Below are positions 19,875 to 27,343 of a stretch of DNA of 53,434 bases, in pieces (the stretch's first letter is position 1; each line of letters opens with the position of its first letter). The notes under the pieces were generated by a model that worked only from the letters and a program-made list of their open reading frames with translations, ran no database searches and had not been told where the DNA came from. Location of the stretch: the IMG/VR virus record IMGVR_UViG_3300046658_000024, positions 1-53,434 of that record; one strand, given 5' to 3'. A program made the translations under genes and the position numbers. The DNA is from a virus. Lineage: Duplodnaviria; Caudoviricetes.

Positions 19875-20431
19875 CTGGGCCGGTCCCGATCCTGGGCCCG
19901 GCCTCCACATCTGTCGCCACCGTGTCCGGCTACATTCGCGCCCAGCTCGACATCCCACCCCGGGAGACGACTTGGTTTCTCGAGGCGTGCGAAGCGCTGT
20001 GGGATGCCGGGGTCACGCACGGGGTTGACCCGGTGGTGCTGATCGCCCAATGCGCATTGGAAACCGGCTGGGGGCAGTTCGGTGGCGTGATCGACAGCTC
20101 GTACAACAACACCTGCGGATTGAAGGCGGCCGGTCGGACCGGTGACACTCCCGAGGATCACGCCCGTTTCGACAGCCTCGCCACGGGCGCCCTGGCTCAT
20201 TGCCAGCACCTGATGGGCTACGCCGGGGTTGTCCCGGGCACGCCGATCGTGGACCCGCGCTGGTCCGGTGTGGCACCCGGGACCGTACGGCACGGCATTG
20301 CCCCGGCCGTGCGTGAGCTCGGCGGCCTAGTGGATCCGAACCAGCCGGAGTTGGGGTCGCGGTGGAATCCGGATCCAGAGTACGGAGTCAAGATCGAGGC
20401 CATCTTCTGGCGTTTGCGCGGCCAAACCTGA
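19865..20431 (+). CDS. GH73 glucosaminidase domain, probably reached by -1 frameshift from the endolysin
   Basis: DPVVLIAQCALETGWG, NNTCGLK; frame open back through G_GGA_AAC (19865-19871); no SD before GTG 19922. Confidence 0.85.
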   Translation, partial: GKLTGPVPILGPASTSVATVSGYIRAQLDIPPRETTWFLEACEALWDAGVTHGVDPVVLIAQCALETGWGQFGGVIDSSYNNTCGLKAAGRTGDTPEDHARFDSLATGALAHCQHLMGYAGVVPGTPIVDPRWSGVAPGTVRHGIAPAVRELGGLVDPNQPELGSRWNPDPEYGVKIEAIFWRLRGQT

Positions 20432-20485
20432 ACCGCGCTGGTGAACGTTCAAGCCTGAGCCACGAAACCTGAACCAGGAGGATCG

Positions 20486-20725
20486 ATGCTCAACCATCTA
20501 CGTCACTTCGAGCCGGCCCGACTCCAGGCTCTGAAGGTCGCAGTGTTCGGCGTCCTGGCCGTGCTCGGCGTGACCGTGCCAGCCGACGTGGACGGCCGGA
20601 TCGCCGCCGGTCTGACCGTCCTCGCCGGAGTGCTGGCGCTGTTCCAGGGGGAGACCACCCGCCGTCGCGTCCGGCCCGCAGTGGAGCACGGTGTACGGGC
20701 TGTTGAACCCGACCGGAGCGAGTAG
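20486..20725 (+). CDS. Holin
   Basis: 79 aa, two hydrophobic segments, basic C-terminus; SD AGGAGG; follows lysins. Confidence 0.8.
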   Translation: MLNHLRHFEPARLQALKVAVFGVLAVLGVTVPADVDGRIAAGLTVLAGVLALFQGETTRRRVRPAVEHGVRAVEPDRSE

Positions 20726-20737
20726 CCGGCGCGTGAT

Positions 20738-21007
20738 GTGACCGATGATCCGTCTCCCCGCGAGCTCGGCCGGTCCATCGACCGAGTCGAGCGGCGAGTC
20801 GATGCGTTGGCGTCGGATCTGGTTGGTCGACGCGAGTACGAGCAGCGCATCAAGGCCATCGAGGACGACATTGCGGAGATCCGCCAGGCGCTCAAGGATG
20901 GCCAGCGGCAGCGCGGTACGGACTGGCGGCAGCTCGCCTACGGTGCCCTCATCCCCGCTCTCCTGTTCGTTGCCTCGGTGCTGGCGGCTTCCCGGGCTGG
21001 TCACTGA
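20738..21007 (+). CDS. Lysis-cassette membrane protein
   Basis: 89 aa; coiled coil followed by a C-terminal TM segment. Confidence 0.75.
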   Translation: MTDDPSPRELGRSIDRVERRVDALASDLVGRREYEQRIKAIEDDIAEIRQALKDGQRQRGTDWRQLAYGALIPALLFVASVLAASRAGH

Positions 21008-21720
21008 TGGCCCATAAGGTCCGCCGGGATCTCCTGCCCGCGCTCGCTGCGGTGGTTGCGGTGCTGTTGCTCGCCGCCGGGTATTGGCAGATCGCCCGCA
21101 TGGGTGCCCGGCTGGACCAAGCGGAGACGGACCGGGCCGCGGTGGCGAAAGCGATGGCGGACGCAAACAGCAACGTGGCGGCCCTCCAGAAGCAGGTCAA
21201 GGGCCTGGGTGGTCAGCCGGTCGCCGGACCGGTGCCGATGCCTGAGCGGGGCGTTCAGGGCGTCCCTGGACCACAAGGTCCGGCTGGTCCGGGGCCGACT
21301 CGGCAGCAGATCGACGACGGGCTCAGCAGGTACCTGACGCTGCATCCACCAGCGCGTGGGGCCAAAGGTGAGCCGGGTTCCAGCGTCACTCAGGCTCAGG
21401 CTGCAACCCTGGTGGCGGCCTACCTACAGACCCATCCGCCAGCCTCAGGCAAGGACGGTCGGGACGGGCAGGATGGTGCCCCCGGTCCAGGACCGACCCA
21501 GCAGCAGATCGCTACTGAGGTAGCGGCGTACCTGCAAGCCCATCCCCCGGCGGCTGGCGAGAAGGGCGACCCGGGCGAGCCTGGCCGTCCTCCGACCGCG
21601 GAGGAGATCTCTGCTGCGGTGTCCTCGTGGATGGCTGGCCACGACCTGTACTGCACGCCCCCGGGGCCGCTAGGGCAGGTCAAGGACGAGCCCTGGCCGT
21701 GCGAGTTCCGATCGAAGTAG
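21007..21720 (+). CDS. Membrane-anchored collagen-like lysis accessory protein
   Basis: N-terminal TM, coiled coil, Gly-X-Y runs, repeated YL..HPPA units, two C-terminal Cys. Confidence 0.75.
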   Translation: MAHKVRRDLLPALAAVVAVLLLAAGYWQIARMGARLDQAETDRAAVAKAMADANSNVAALQKQVKGLGGQPVAGPVPMPERGVQGVPGPQGPAGPGPTRQQIDDGLSRYLTLHPPARGAKGEPGSSVTQAQAATLVAAYLQTHPPASGKDGRDGQDGAPGPGPTQQQIATEVAAYLQAHPPAAGEKGDPGEPGRPPTAEEISAAVSSWMAGHDLYCTPPGPLGQVKDEPWPCEFRSK

Positions 21721-21810
21721 CGCCACCCAGTACGTCTCGCGGTGCCGGTACTGGTAACCCGGCCCGGGATCCCCCGGTACGAGCCAAGACGCCTAAGGTC
21801 GGCGAGACAA

Positions 21811-21848
21811 GGCCCCCGCTCCTCCTTCGGGAGGTCGGGGGCCGTTTT
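21811..21848 (+). terminator. Intrinsic terminator ending the late operon
   Basis: GGCCCCCG..CTCC TTCG GGAG..CGGGGGCC followed by TTTT; between convergent genes. Confidence 0.85.
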
Positions 21849-21862
21849 CGTGTTGTCTGGGG

Positions 21863-22525
21863 TCAGTCCCAGCGGCAGGCTTCCACGATGAGGGTGCCAA
21901 CGTGCCCCGGCTCCGGGGCGGGTTCGACACGGGCGCGAACGTTCACGAAGCCATGCCGGTGAAGGAGGTCGGCCCAGGTGGCGGGTTCATAAGCCCAGCG
22001 GTAGACCCAGGTCTGTCGGCCAGTGAACCCGTTGCCGTACATGCCCTGGGCGCCGTAGCTGCCAGGGACGGTGGGAGCGTGGGAGAACACGAGCCGCCCG
22101 CCGGGGGTGAGCCGCTGACGCAGGAGAGGCAACAGGATCTCGGGATCGGTGAACCACAAGGCGCCCCAGATCGAGTAGATCGCCTCCCACTGCCCTCCGG
22201 TGGTAGCGAGATAGTCGACCACGTCAGCCTGGACGTAGCGGGCGCCGGGAAGATGACCCCAGCGTCGGCGGGCCTGCTCGCACTGGACAGGGGAGATGTC
22301 GATGCCGGTGGCCTCGATTCCCTTGGAGGCCAGGGCGGCGACCGCGTTGCCGCGACCGGAGCCGAGTTCGGCGGCGGTGACCGGGTCACCGAGGAGTTCA
22401 TCACCGGGGCCGTGGCCGTCGTACTGGGTCCAGCCGAAGGCGTTCTTCAGTGCCTCGGCTTCTTGCCCGACCCCGCCCGCATAGTGATCCCAGTAGCCGG
22501 CGTGATCGGTGATCTCCACGTTCAC
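21863..22525 (-). CDS. Class I SAM-dependent methyltransferase
   Basis: ELGSGRG motif I, GIDIS, LTPGGRLVFS; likely GTG start 22525 with SD GGAG. Confidence 0.9.
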   Translation of the reverse strand: MNVEITDHAGYWDHYAGGVGQEAEALKNAFGWTQYDGHGPGDELLGDPVTAAELGSGRGNAVAALASKGIEATGIDISPVQCEQARRRWGHLPGARYVQADVVDYLATTGGQWEAIYSIWGALWFTDPEILLPLLRQRLTPGGRLVFSHAPTVPGSYGAQGMYGNGFTGRQTWVYRWAYEPATWADLLHRHGFVNVRARVEPAPEPGHVGTLIVEACRWD

Positions 22526-22573
22526 GTCATCTCCTTCCGTCGAGCTCGGCATCGGTGTAGCGGCGAGGGTTGG

Positions 22574-22777
22574 TCACGGCTGGATCCTCAAGATGCGGGC
22601 CCCGCGACGGAGCTTGCGGCCAGCACCTTTGCAACGTCGACAGTTCCCGAACGTGTCGGTCAGCTTGCTGTCCTTTTTGCTGCTCCCCTCGCAGAGACCA
22701 CAGCGTCGCCAGGGGTGCCGCCACACGTCATACGCATAGACGGCAACCCCGACGGCGATCAGTGCAGCGAGCGCCAT
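22574..22777 (-). CDS. Small membrane-anchored zinc-finger protein
   Basis: TM followed by CGLCEG and CRRCKG. Confidence 0.75.
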   Translation of the reverse strand: MALAALIAVGVAVYAYDVWRHPWRRCGLCEGSSKKDSKLTDTFGNCRRCKGAGRKLRRGARILRIQP

Positions 22778-22953
22778 CAGACCCTGCGCTCACTCTCGTA
22801 GGACAACGGACCCGGTAGATCGGTCCGGACTCGACGTTTCCGTGAGTTCCACGAAATGGGGCCGACCTTGATGCCCCACGAGGTGAAGCCGCGCTTGCTG
22901 AAGTTGAACCGCAGGATCCCGAGCCGGGCCGTCTTGCGGAAGATGAGGCCCAT
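22777..22953 (-). CDS. DUF4236-like small basic protein
   Basis: MGLIFRKT..LRFNFSKRG, DLPGPLSY; start overlaps upstream stop. Confidence 0.75.
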   Translation of the reverse strand: MGLIFRKTARLGILRFNFSKRGFTSWGIKVGPISWNSRKRRVRTDLPGPLSYESERRV

Positions 22954-23147
22954 CAGAAGTGGATCCCGGACAGAATCTGAGTGATGGTCTGGCCACCCTG
23001 ACGGATCTGGGGAGCAATCGAAGTGCTGGCCAGGTAAAACCCGAACAGTGAGCACACGATCGCATGGCTGACCTTCAGCTCGGACGTACGGACGAGCAGT
23101 ACGACCAGGGCGGCGAGTATGACAATGCCGGAAATGGACAGGATCAT
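22953..23147 (-). CDS. Small two-TM protein of the AICE spread-region type
   Basis: MILSISGIVIL...SHAIVCSLFGFYLASTSIAP, resembling small proteins recalled from pSAM2-like elements. Confidence 0.75.
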   Translation of the reverse strand: MILSISGIVILAALVVLLVRTSELKVSHAIVCSLFGFYLASTSIAPQIRQGGQTITQILSGIHF

Positions 23148-23149
23148 GA

Positions 23150-23275
23150 TTAGACATCCGTCCTGTCGGTAGCACAACGACCGTCATACAGGCCGAACTC
23201 ACGACACCCAGGTCGGGTGCACTCCTGGTCGGGTGGCCTACGTAGTCGAAGCGCGTCGGTGATGGTCGATATCAA
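23150..23275 (-). CDS. 41-aa Cys-containing microprotein
   Basis: TTG start with SD GAGGAGG; MISTITDALRLRRPPDQECTRPGCREFGLYDGRCATDRTDV. Confidence 0.55.
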   Translation of the reverse strand: MISTITDALRLRRPPDQECTRPGCREFGLYDGRCATDRTDV

Positions 23276-23300
23276 GGTCTCCTCCTCAGTGGATTCGCGG

Positions 23301-23474
23301 TCAGAGATCGATGCAGGGGCAGAGCGTCGAGACGGTGCGGTGCACGGTGCCGGTGCTGCGGGAGGCCCGAACGCGTCCGGTGCCGCTGCACAGCCCGCAG
23401 TGGGAATCGGCCTGACTTTCAGGGCCCGGTTCCGCTTGGTCCTGTTCGGTGGGGTCTTGCTTGTTCTTACTCAC
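23301..23474 (-). CDS. 57-aa zinc-finger microprotein
   Basis: GTG 23474 with SD AAAGGA; CGLCSGTG...LCPC. Confidence 0.65.
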   Translation of the reverse strand: MSKNKQDPTEQDQAEPGPESQADSHCGLCSGTGRVRASRSTGTVHRTVSTLCPCIDL

Positions 23475-23574
23475 GGCGTTCCTTTCGGGTCGGACGGCAG
23501 TGCCGTCAAGGGGGTCGGTCCCTCCCGCCGGACCCGGGCTGTGAGTCCCGAGGCCAGCGCCAGCGGCCGACCCG

Positions 23575-23751
23575 TCAGCCGACAGCCCGGCACGTCTGGG
23601 CGTGGGCGTTTGCGGCTTCGCTCTCCAGGCCGTAGGACCCGAACCCGCGCTCACCGCAGGGGCACGTCCAGCTCGCCGCATCCCCATCTGCGGAGTAGTC
23701 CTCGATGCGTTCCAGCTGGAGAATTGCGCCCCCCGCTGTCCGGTATTTCAT
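23575..23751 (-). CDS. 58-aa hypothetical protein
   Basis: ATGA overlap with translocase stop, SD GGAGG; [25 protein letters not shown]. Confidence 0.7.
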   Translation of the reverse strand: MKYRTAGGAILQLERIEDYSADGDAASWTCPCGERGFGSYGLESEAANAHAQTCRAVG

Positions 23752-25748
23752 GAGTCCTCCTTGGTGTCGGTGTTATCGGCGAGCAGCCAACCGGCGGCGC
23801 CGTCCGGGGTGCGGGCAGGCGCGACTTTGCCGGTGGTGACGAGGTCGGCCATACGGCGGTAGATCGTGGCTCGGCTCGCCCCGGTCGCCTCGTTCAACTC
23901 CCGCCAGCCGAGCGCCTCGTCACCAGCAGCGGTAAGTGCCGTTAGAAGCTGCTCGTCCAGTGGAGGCTCTGGCTCAGTGACAGCCGGGGCTGGCGCCGCT
24001 GGCGGGTCGTCCACGACCAGTCGGTCAGTGGCCGTCGGAACGGCACGCTCCTGCTTCGCCGGTTCAGGCGCAGCGAGCCGCTTGGCCAGACGCACAACCG
24101 TGCTGATCTCAGCCTCGCTGACCCAAGCGCCTTGTAGCCGGACCGGCCTGCTCGCACCCATCGGCAGGAACAGGGCATCCCCCTGCCCGGTGAGCTTCTC
24201 AGCTCCCGCGGTGTCGATGATCACCCGGGAGTCGGTAGAGCTCGCGGTGGCGAACGCCAGCCGGGAGGGCACGTTGGCCTTGATCAACCCGGTCACCACG
24301 TCCACGCTCGGCCGCTGGGTGGCCAGCACCAGGTGGATGCCGGCGGCTCTGGCCAGCTGGGTGATCCGCACGATCGCGTCCTCGACGTCGCGCGGCGCCA
24401 CCATCATCAGGTCCGCGAGCTCGTCCACGATGACCAGCAGGTACGGGTACGGCTGGTAGGTGCGCTCACTGCCCGGTGGTGTGGTGAGCTTTCCCGCCCG
24501 CACCGCGGCGTTGAACTCGTCAACGTGCCGGACTCCGGCCGCCGCCATGTCGTCGTAGCGCTGGTCCATCTCTTCGACCACCCACTGGAGCGCGTTGGCG
24601 GCCTTCTTCGCGTTGGTGATGATCGGCATGAGCAGGTGAGGGACACCCGCGTAGGGGGTCAACTCGACCTGCTTCGGGTCGATGAGGATCATCCGCACCT
24701 GTTCCGGGGTGGCCCGGGACAGCACCGACACAAGCAGGGTGTTGATGCACACCGACTTACCGGACCCGGTCGCGCCGGCCACCAGAAGGTGTGGCGTCTT
24801 GGCGAGGTTGGCGCACACGTAGCGGCCATCCATGTCGAGCCCGAGCCCAGCCAGCAGTGGGTGGAGATCCCGGGCCGCCGCCTTGGAGCGGAGCACGTCA
24901 CCCAGGGAGACCACGTCACGGACCCGGTTGGGGAGCTCGATGCCGATCAGCGACTTGCCGGGGATGGTCGGAAGCATCCGCATGTCCTCCACACCCACGC
25001 CGGCCGCCAGGGCGAGGTTCTGGTGAAGCGCGGTGATCTTCTCGACCTTCACGCCCTGACCCGGCCGAACCTCGTAGCGGGTGACGGCAGGGCCACGCGT
25101 GTGGCTGACCACCATGGCGTCAACGCCAAACTGCTTGAACTGCGCGTTGATGGCATCGGTGATCCGGGTGGTCTCTTTGGTGTCGCCCTTGCTGACCTTG
25201 CCAGCGGCTAGGGCATCCACCCCGGCTGGCTGCGGCTTGTCGTGGCCCCCGGCAGGCTTCCCGCCGTCAGTGCCACCCTTCCGCTTGGGTGCCGTCTGGA
25301 CGGCCTCCTCAGCCTCCTGTCCGGCATCCTCGGAGGTCGGCTCGTCACTGCGTCCGGTCCACCACAGGAACCCCACGGCGACAACAGCAGCGATCGGCAA
25401 CGCGGCCGGCATCCGCATCGCGACGTTCGCGCCCACCATGGGCACCGCCAGCACACCGAGAGCTCGACCGAGACGCATCTTCGTACGCGCCCGGGAAATC
25501 TGGTCAGGAGTCGGGATCGGCATCCCCTGCTCCCCGGCCATGAGCCGCTCCACAATCTCTTCATCGCCCACGCTGGCCGTGGTCAGCCACGCCCGGAGCC
25601 GGGCACCAACCAGTTCGGCGCCAGTCCGAAGCTGATTACGGTGTGTGGCAATCCGGGCCCGTAGGCCGGTCGCTACCTCCTGGTCCTCGTCCACGATCGT
25701 CTCCGTCTCAAGTGTCTTCCTCGCGCGCGCGCGTACACGCGCGCGCAT
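23748..25748 (-). CDS. FtsK/SpoIIIE family DNA translocase (TraB-like)
   Basis: TM segments, FtsK alpha domain (GPAVTRYE), Walker A GATGSGKS, Walker B VIVDE, ATQRP, C-terminal wHTH; start may be GTG 25694. Confidence 0.95.
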   Translation of the reverse strand: MRARVRARARKTLETETIVDEDQEVATGLRARIATHRNQLRTGAELVGARLRAWLTTASVGDEEIVERLMAGEQGMPIPTPDQISRARTKMRLGRALGVLAVPMVGANVAMRMPAALPIAAVVAVGFLWWTGRSDEPTSEDAGQEAEEAVQTAPKRKGGTDGGKPAGGHDKPQPAGVDALAAGKVSKGDTKETTRITDAINAQFKQFGVDAMVVSHTRGPAVTRYEVRPGQGVKVEKITALHQNLALAAGVGVEDMRMLPTIPGKSLIGIELPNRVRDVVSLGDVLRSKAAARDLHPLLAGLGLDMDGRYVCANLAKTPHLLVAGATGSGKSVCINTLLVSVLSRATPEQVRMILIDPKQVELTPYAGVPHLLMPIITNAKKAANALQWVVEEMDQRYDDMAAAGVRHVDEFNAAVRAGKLTTPPGSERTYQPYPYLLVIVDELADLMMVAPRDVEDAIVRITQLARAAGIHLVLATQRPSVDVVTGLIKANVPSRLAFATASSTDSRVIIDTAGAEKLTGQGDALFLPMGASRPVRLQGAWVSEAEISTVVRLAKRLAAPEPAKQERAVPTATDRLVVDDPPAAPAPAVTEPEPPLDEQLLTALTAAGDEALGWRELNEATGASRATIYRRMADLVTTGKVAPARTPDGAAGWLLADNTDTKEDS

Positions 25749-25811
25749 AGGGGGTCAAATTTTGGGTTAGAGGGGGTGAGACGCGGCCCGTGAGACGCCC
25801 CCGTGAGACGC
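25698..25811. repeat. GAGACG repeat cluster, candidate clt/TRS locus
   Basis: GTGAGACGC at 25776, 25790, 25803; inverted CGTCTC at 25698 and 25704; alternating purine/pyrimidine tract 25722-25749. Confidence 0.55.
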
Positions 25812-25906
25812 TCTCCGGCCGCTTACCGACTGTTCACGCTGAGTGAGTGCCAGCCAGCGACCAGGCCGGCCCCCCGTGGGGAGCCGCCCCAGTCGTCGGC
25901 CGGTCC

Positions 25907-26212
25907 TCATCGACCAGCGCCGTTGCCTGAGCCAGCCACGGTGCCGAGCATCGAAGCGACGCCGCCGCCGACAGCACTACCAGCCGTCGCCGCGATCGAG
26001 CCGAACAGCGACCCGGCCATGAGCACGCCAGCAGTGAATGCCGCGAGCACGTGCGGAACCTTGGCCTTGTTCTTCTCGACAGCTCGGTGCAGGTACCAAG
26101 CGATCAGGACAACGACCAGCAACGAGCCGCCGATCGCGCCCGCCGTGCCGCCGGCCGCATCCTGCACGGGTGCGTTCGTGACCACGGTCGCCAGGTTGTG
26201 TACCTGTGACAT
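25907..26212 (-). CDS. Membrane protein (Spd-like)
   Basis: ATG 26212 with SD GGAGG; 101 aa, 2-3 hydrophobic segments; upstream of the translocase. Confidence 0.75.
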   Translation of the reverse strand: MSQVHNLATVVTNAPVQDAAGGTAGAIGGSLLVVVLIAWYLHRAVEKNKAKVPHVLAAFTAGVLMAGSLFGSIAATAGSAVGGGVASMLGTVAGSGNGAGR

Positions 26213-26349
26213 GGGGATTCCTCCTTCCCGTCCTAGTTGGTTCGGTTCTTCTTGCGTGCCGCGACCGGGTTCTGATCCCTGCCGGCCCATGTCCGGAGTC
26301 GAGGCTATTTGTGCAGGTCAGAGCCTTGTTACCTGTCGCGCGTGCTTGG

Positions 26350-26481
26350 TCAGCCGTCTTCGGGCTCGGCGACCAGCGCGGCCTCGACCTCGCAGTGGTC
26401 CTCGGTGCACTTGTGGCCGACGGTCTGGTATGCCTCCTTGGCCATCTCGGCTATGCGGGTGGGGTCCTGCTGCTTGTCCAT
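26350..26481 (-). CDS. 43-aa microprotein
   Basis: SD AGGAGG; MDKQQDPTRIAEMAKEAYQTVGHKCTEDHCEVEAALVAEPEDG. Confidence 0.6.
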   Translation of the reverse strand: MDKQQDPTRIAEMAKEAYQTVGHKCTEDHCEVEAALVAEPEDG

Positions 26482-26618
26482 CTAGCTCTCCTCCTGTTGG
26501 TTCGGTTTGCTTTGCGTGCCCCGACCGGATTCCGACTCCCGCCGGGCTGGCTACCGGGGGCCGGGGCTGGTGTTGCTGTTCATGGCATTCCTTGCGTTTG
26601 TGCAGGTCAGCGCCTTGT

Positions 26619-26744
26619 TTAGCGCCTGGGTGCGGGCACGACGATCACGCCGTCCTGATCGATCTCTGCGTTTCTGGTGCCGGGCTGAATCTTGATCGGG
26701 AGGGGCTGCTCACGCGGGTTCTGCGGAACCTTGACGTGCGGCAT
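26619..26744 (-). CDS. 41-aa microprotein
   Basis: SD AAGGAGGTG; MPHVKVPQNPREQPLPIKIQPG. Confidence 0.6.
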   Translation of the reverse strand: MPHVKVPQNPREQPLPIKIQPGTRNAEIDQDGVIVVPAPRR

Positions 26745-26837
26745 GATGGGTGTCACCTCCTTCTCGTCTCTCGTGGGCGGTTGGGGTGGTGGGGCGGCCC
26801 GGGACCTGGCAGGGTGTGGGGGCCGCCCCGCGCTACA

Positions 26838-26963
26838 TCAAGCGGCGATTGGCTCGACGTAATAGACGCGCTGCTCGCCGGGGTGCTTGGTGCAGGTGGG
26901 CTTCCGCTTCGGCTCGTCCGTGTCGATCTCGCAGGTGCACGACAGGGTGATCCTGTGGGTCAT
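26838..26963 (-). CDS. 41-aa zinc-ribbon-like microprotein
   Basis: SD AGGAGG; LSCTC...CTKH. Confidence 0.6.
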   Translation of the reverse strand: MTHRITLSCTCEIDTDEPKRKPTCTKHPGEQRVYYVEPIAA

Positions 26964-27001
26964 GAATCCTCCTAGGGTTGTGTTTGTGCAGGTCAGGGGC
27001 T

Positions 27002-27073
27002 TTATCGGGTGGCCAGGAAGGCGATCAGGATGAAGAACGGTGTGAGCATCCCGGCCAGGTAGACGAATCGCAT
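27002..27073 (-). CDS. 23-aa single-TM micropeptide
   Basis: SD GAGGAG; MRFVYLAGMLTPFFILIAFLATR. Confidence 0.55.
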   Translation of the reverse strand: MRFVYLAGMLTPFFILIAFLATR

Positions 27074-27102
27074 TTCGGTTCTCCTCAGGCTGTTTGTGCA
27101 GG

Positions 27103-27342
27103 TCAGGACTGGTTTACGGATTCTGGGTCGTACTCGGTGCTCAACAGCCCTACGAGCTCGTCATGCAGCTTGCCGGCCACGTACGCGAGGCCCATCACGA
27201 CCACCGCCGGGCCGGCCAGGTACCGGTGGTCGGTGACCATGGCGACCAGGGCGCCGCACGCAGCGAGCCAGAAGACGGCTGTGATGGCGTAGGGCGCGGC
27301 GTTCAGGACCCAGATCACGAAGCCGGGCAGTCTGATCGTCAT
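27103..27342 (-). CDS. Small membrane protein
   Basis: ATG 27342 with SD AGGAGG; 79 aa, two TM segments. Confidence 0.7.
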   Translation of the reverse strand: MTIRLPGFVIWVLNAAPYAITAVFWLAACGALVAMVTDHRYLAGPAVVVMGLAYVAGKLHDELVGLLSTEYDPESVNQS

Positions 27343-27343
27343 C

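Larger units (their letters stand above)
26308..27106 (-). repeat. Four identical 14-bp repeats CTGACCTGCACAAA
   Basis: Plus-strand TTTGTGCAGGTCAG at 26308, 26597, 26983, 27093, all at boundaries of micro-ORFs. Confidence 0.9.

Noticed and set aside
19922-20431. Independent glucosaminidase gene starting at GTG 19922
   Set aside because: No SD, and protein-like sequence extends upstream to the slippery site; frameshift model preferred, though not proven
21734-21808. Canonical tRNA gene
   Set aside because: No TTCGA T-loop, no 7-nt anticodon loop and no CCA; kept only as a tRNA-like candidate
25695-25748. [10 protein letters not shown] as the true translocase N-terminus
   Set aside because: Arises from the CG-alternating tract and has no SD; GTG 25694 has GGAG upstream. 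Left unresolved in the feature coordinates
25803-26975. 390-aa plus-strand ORF, and similar long ORFs at 21902-22801, 24333-25211 and 33202-34221
   Set aside because: Antisense shadows or GC-rich run-ons over real genes with SDs and motifs; no recognisable domains
26308-27106. Repeats as a CRISPR array
   Set aside because: Only 14 bp, irregular spacing (289, 386, 110 bp), separated by ORFs, and no cas genes
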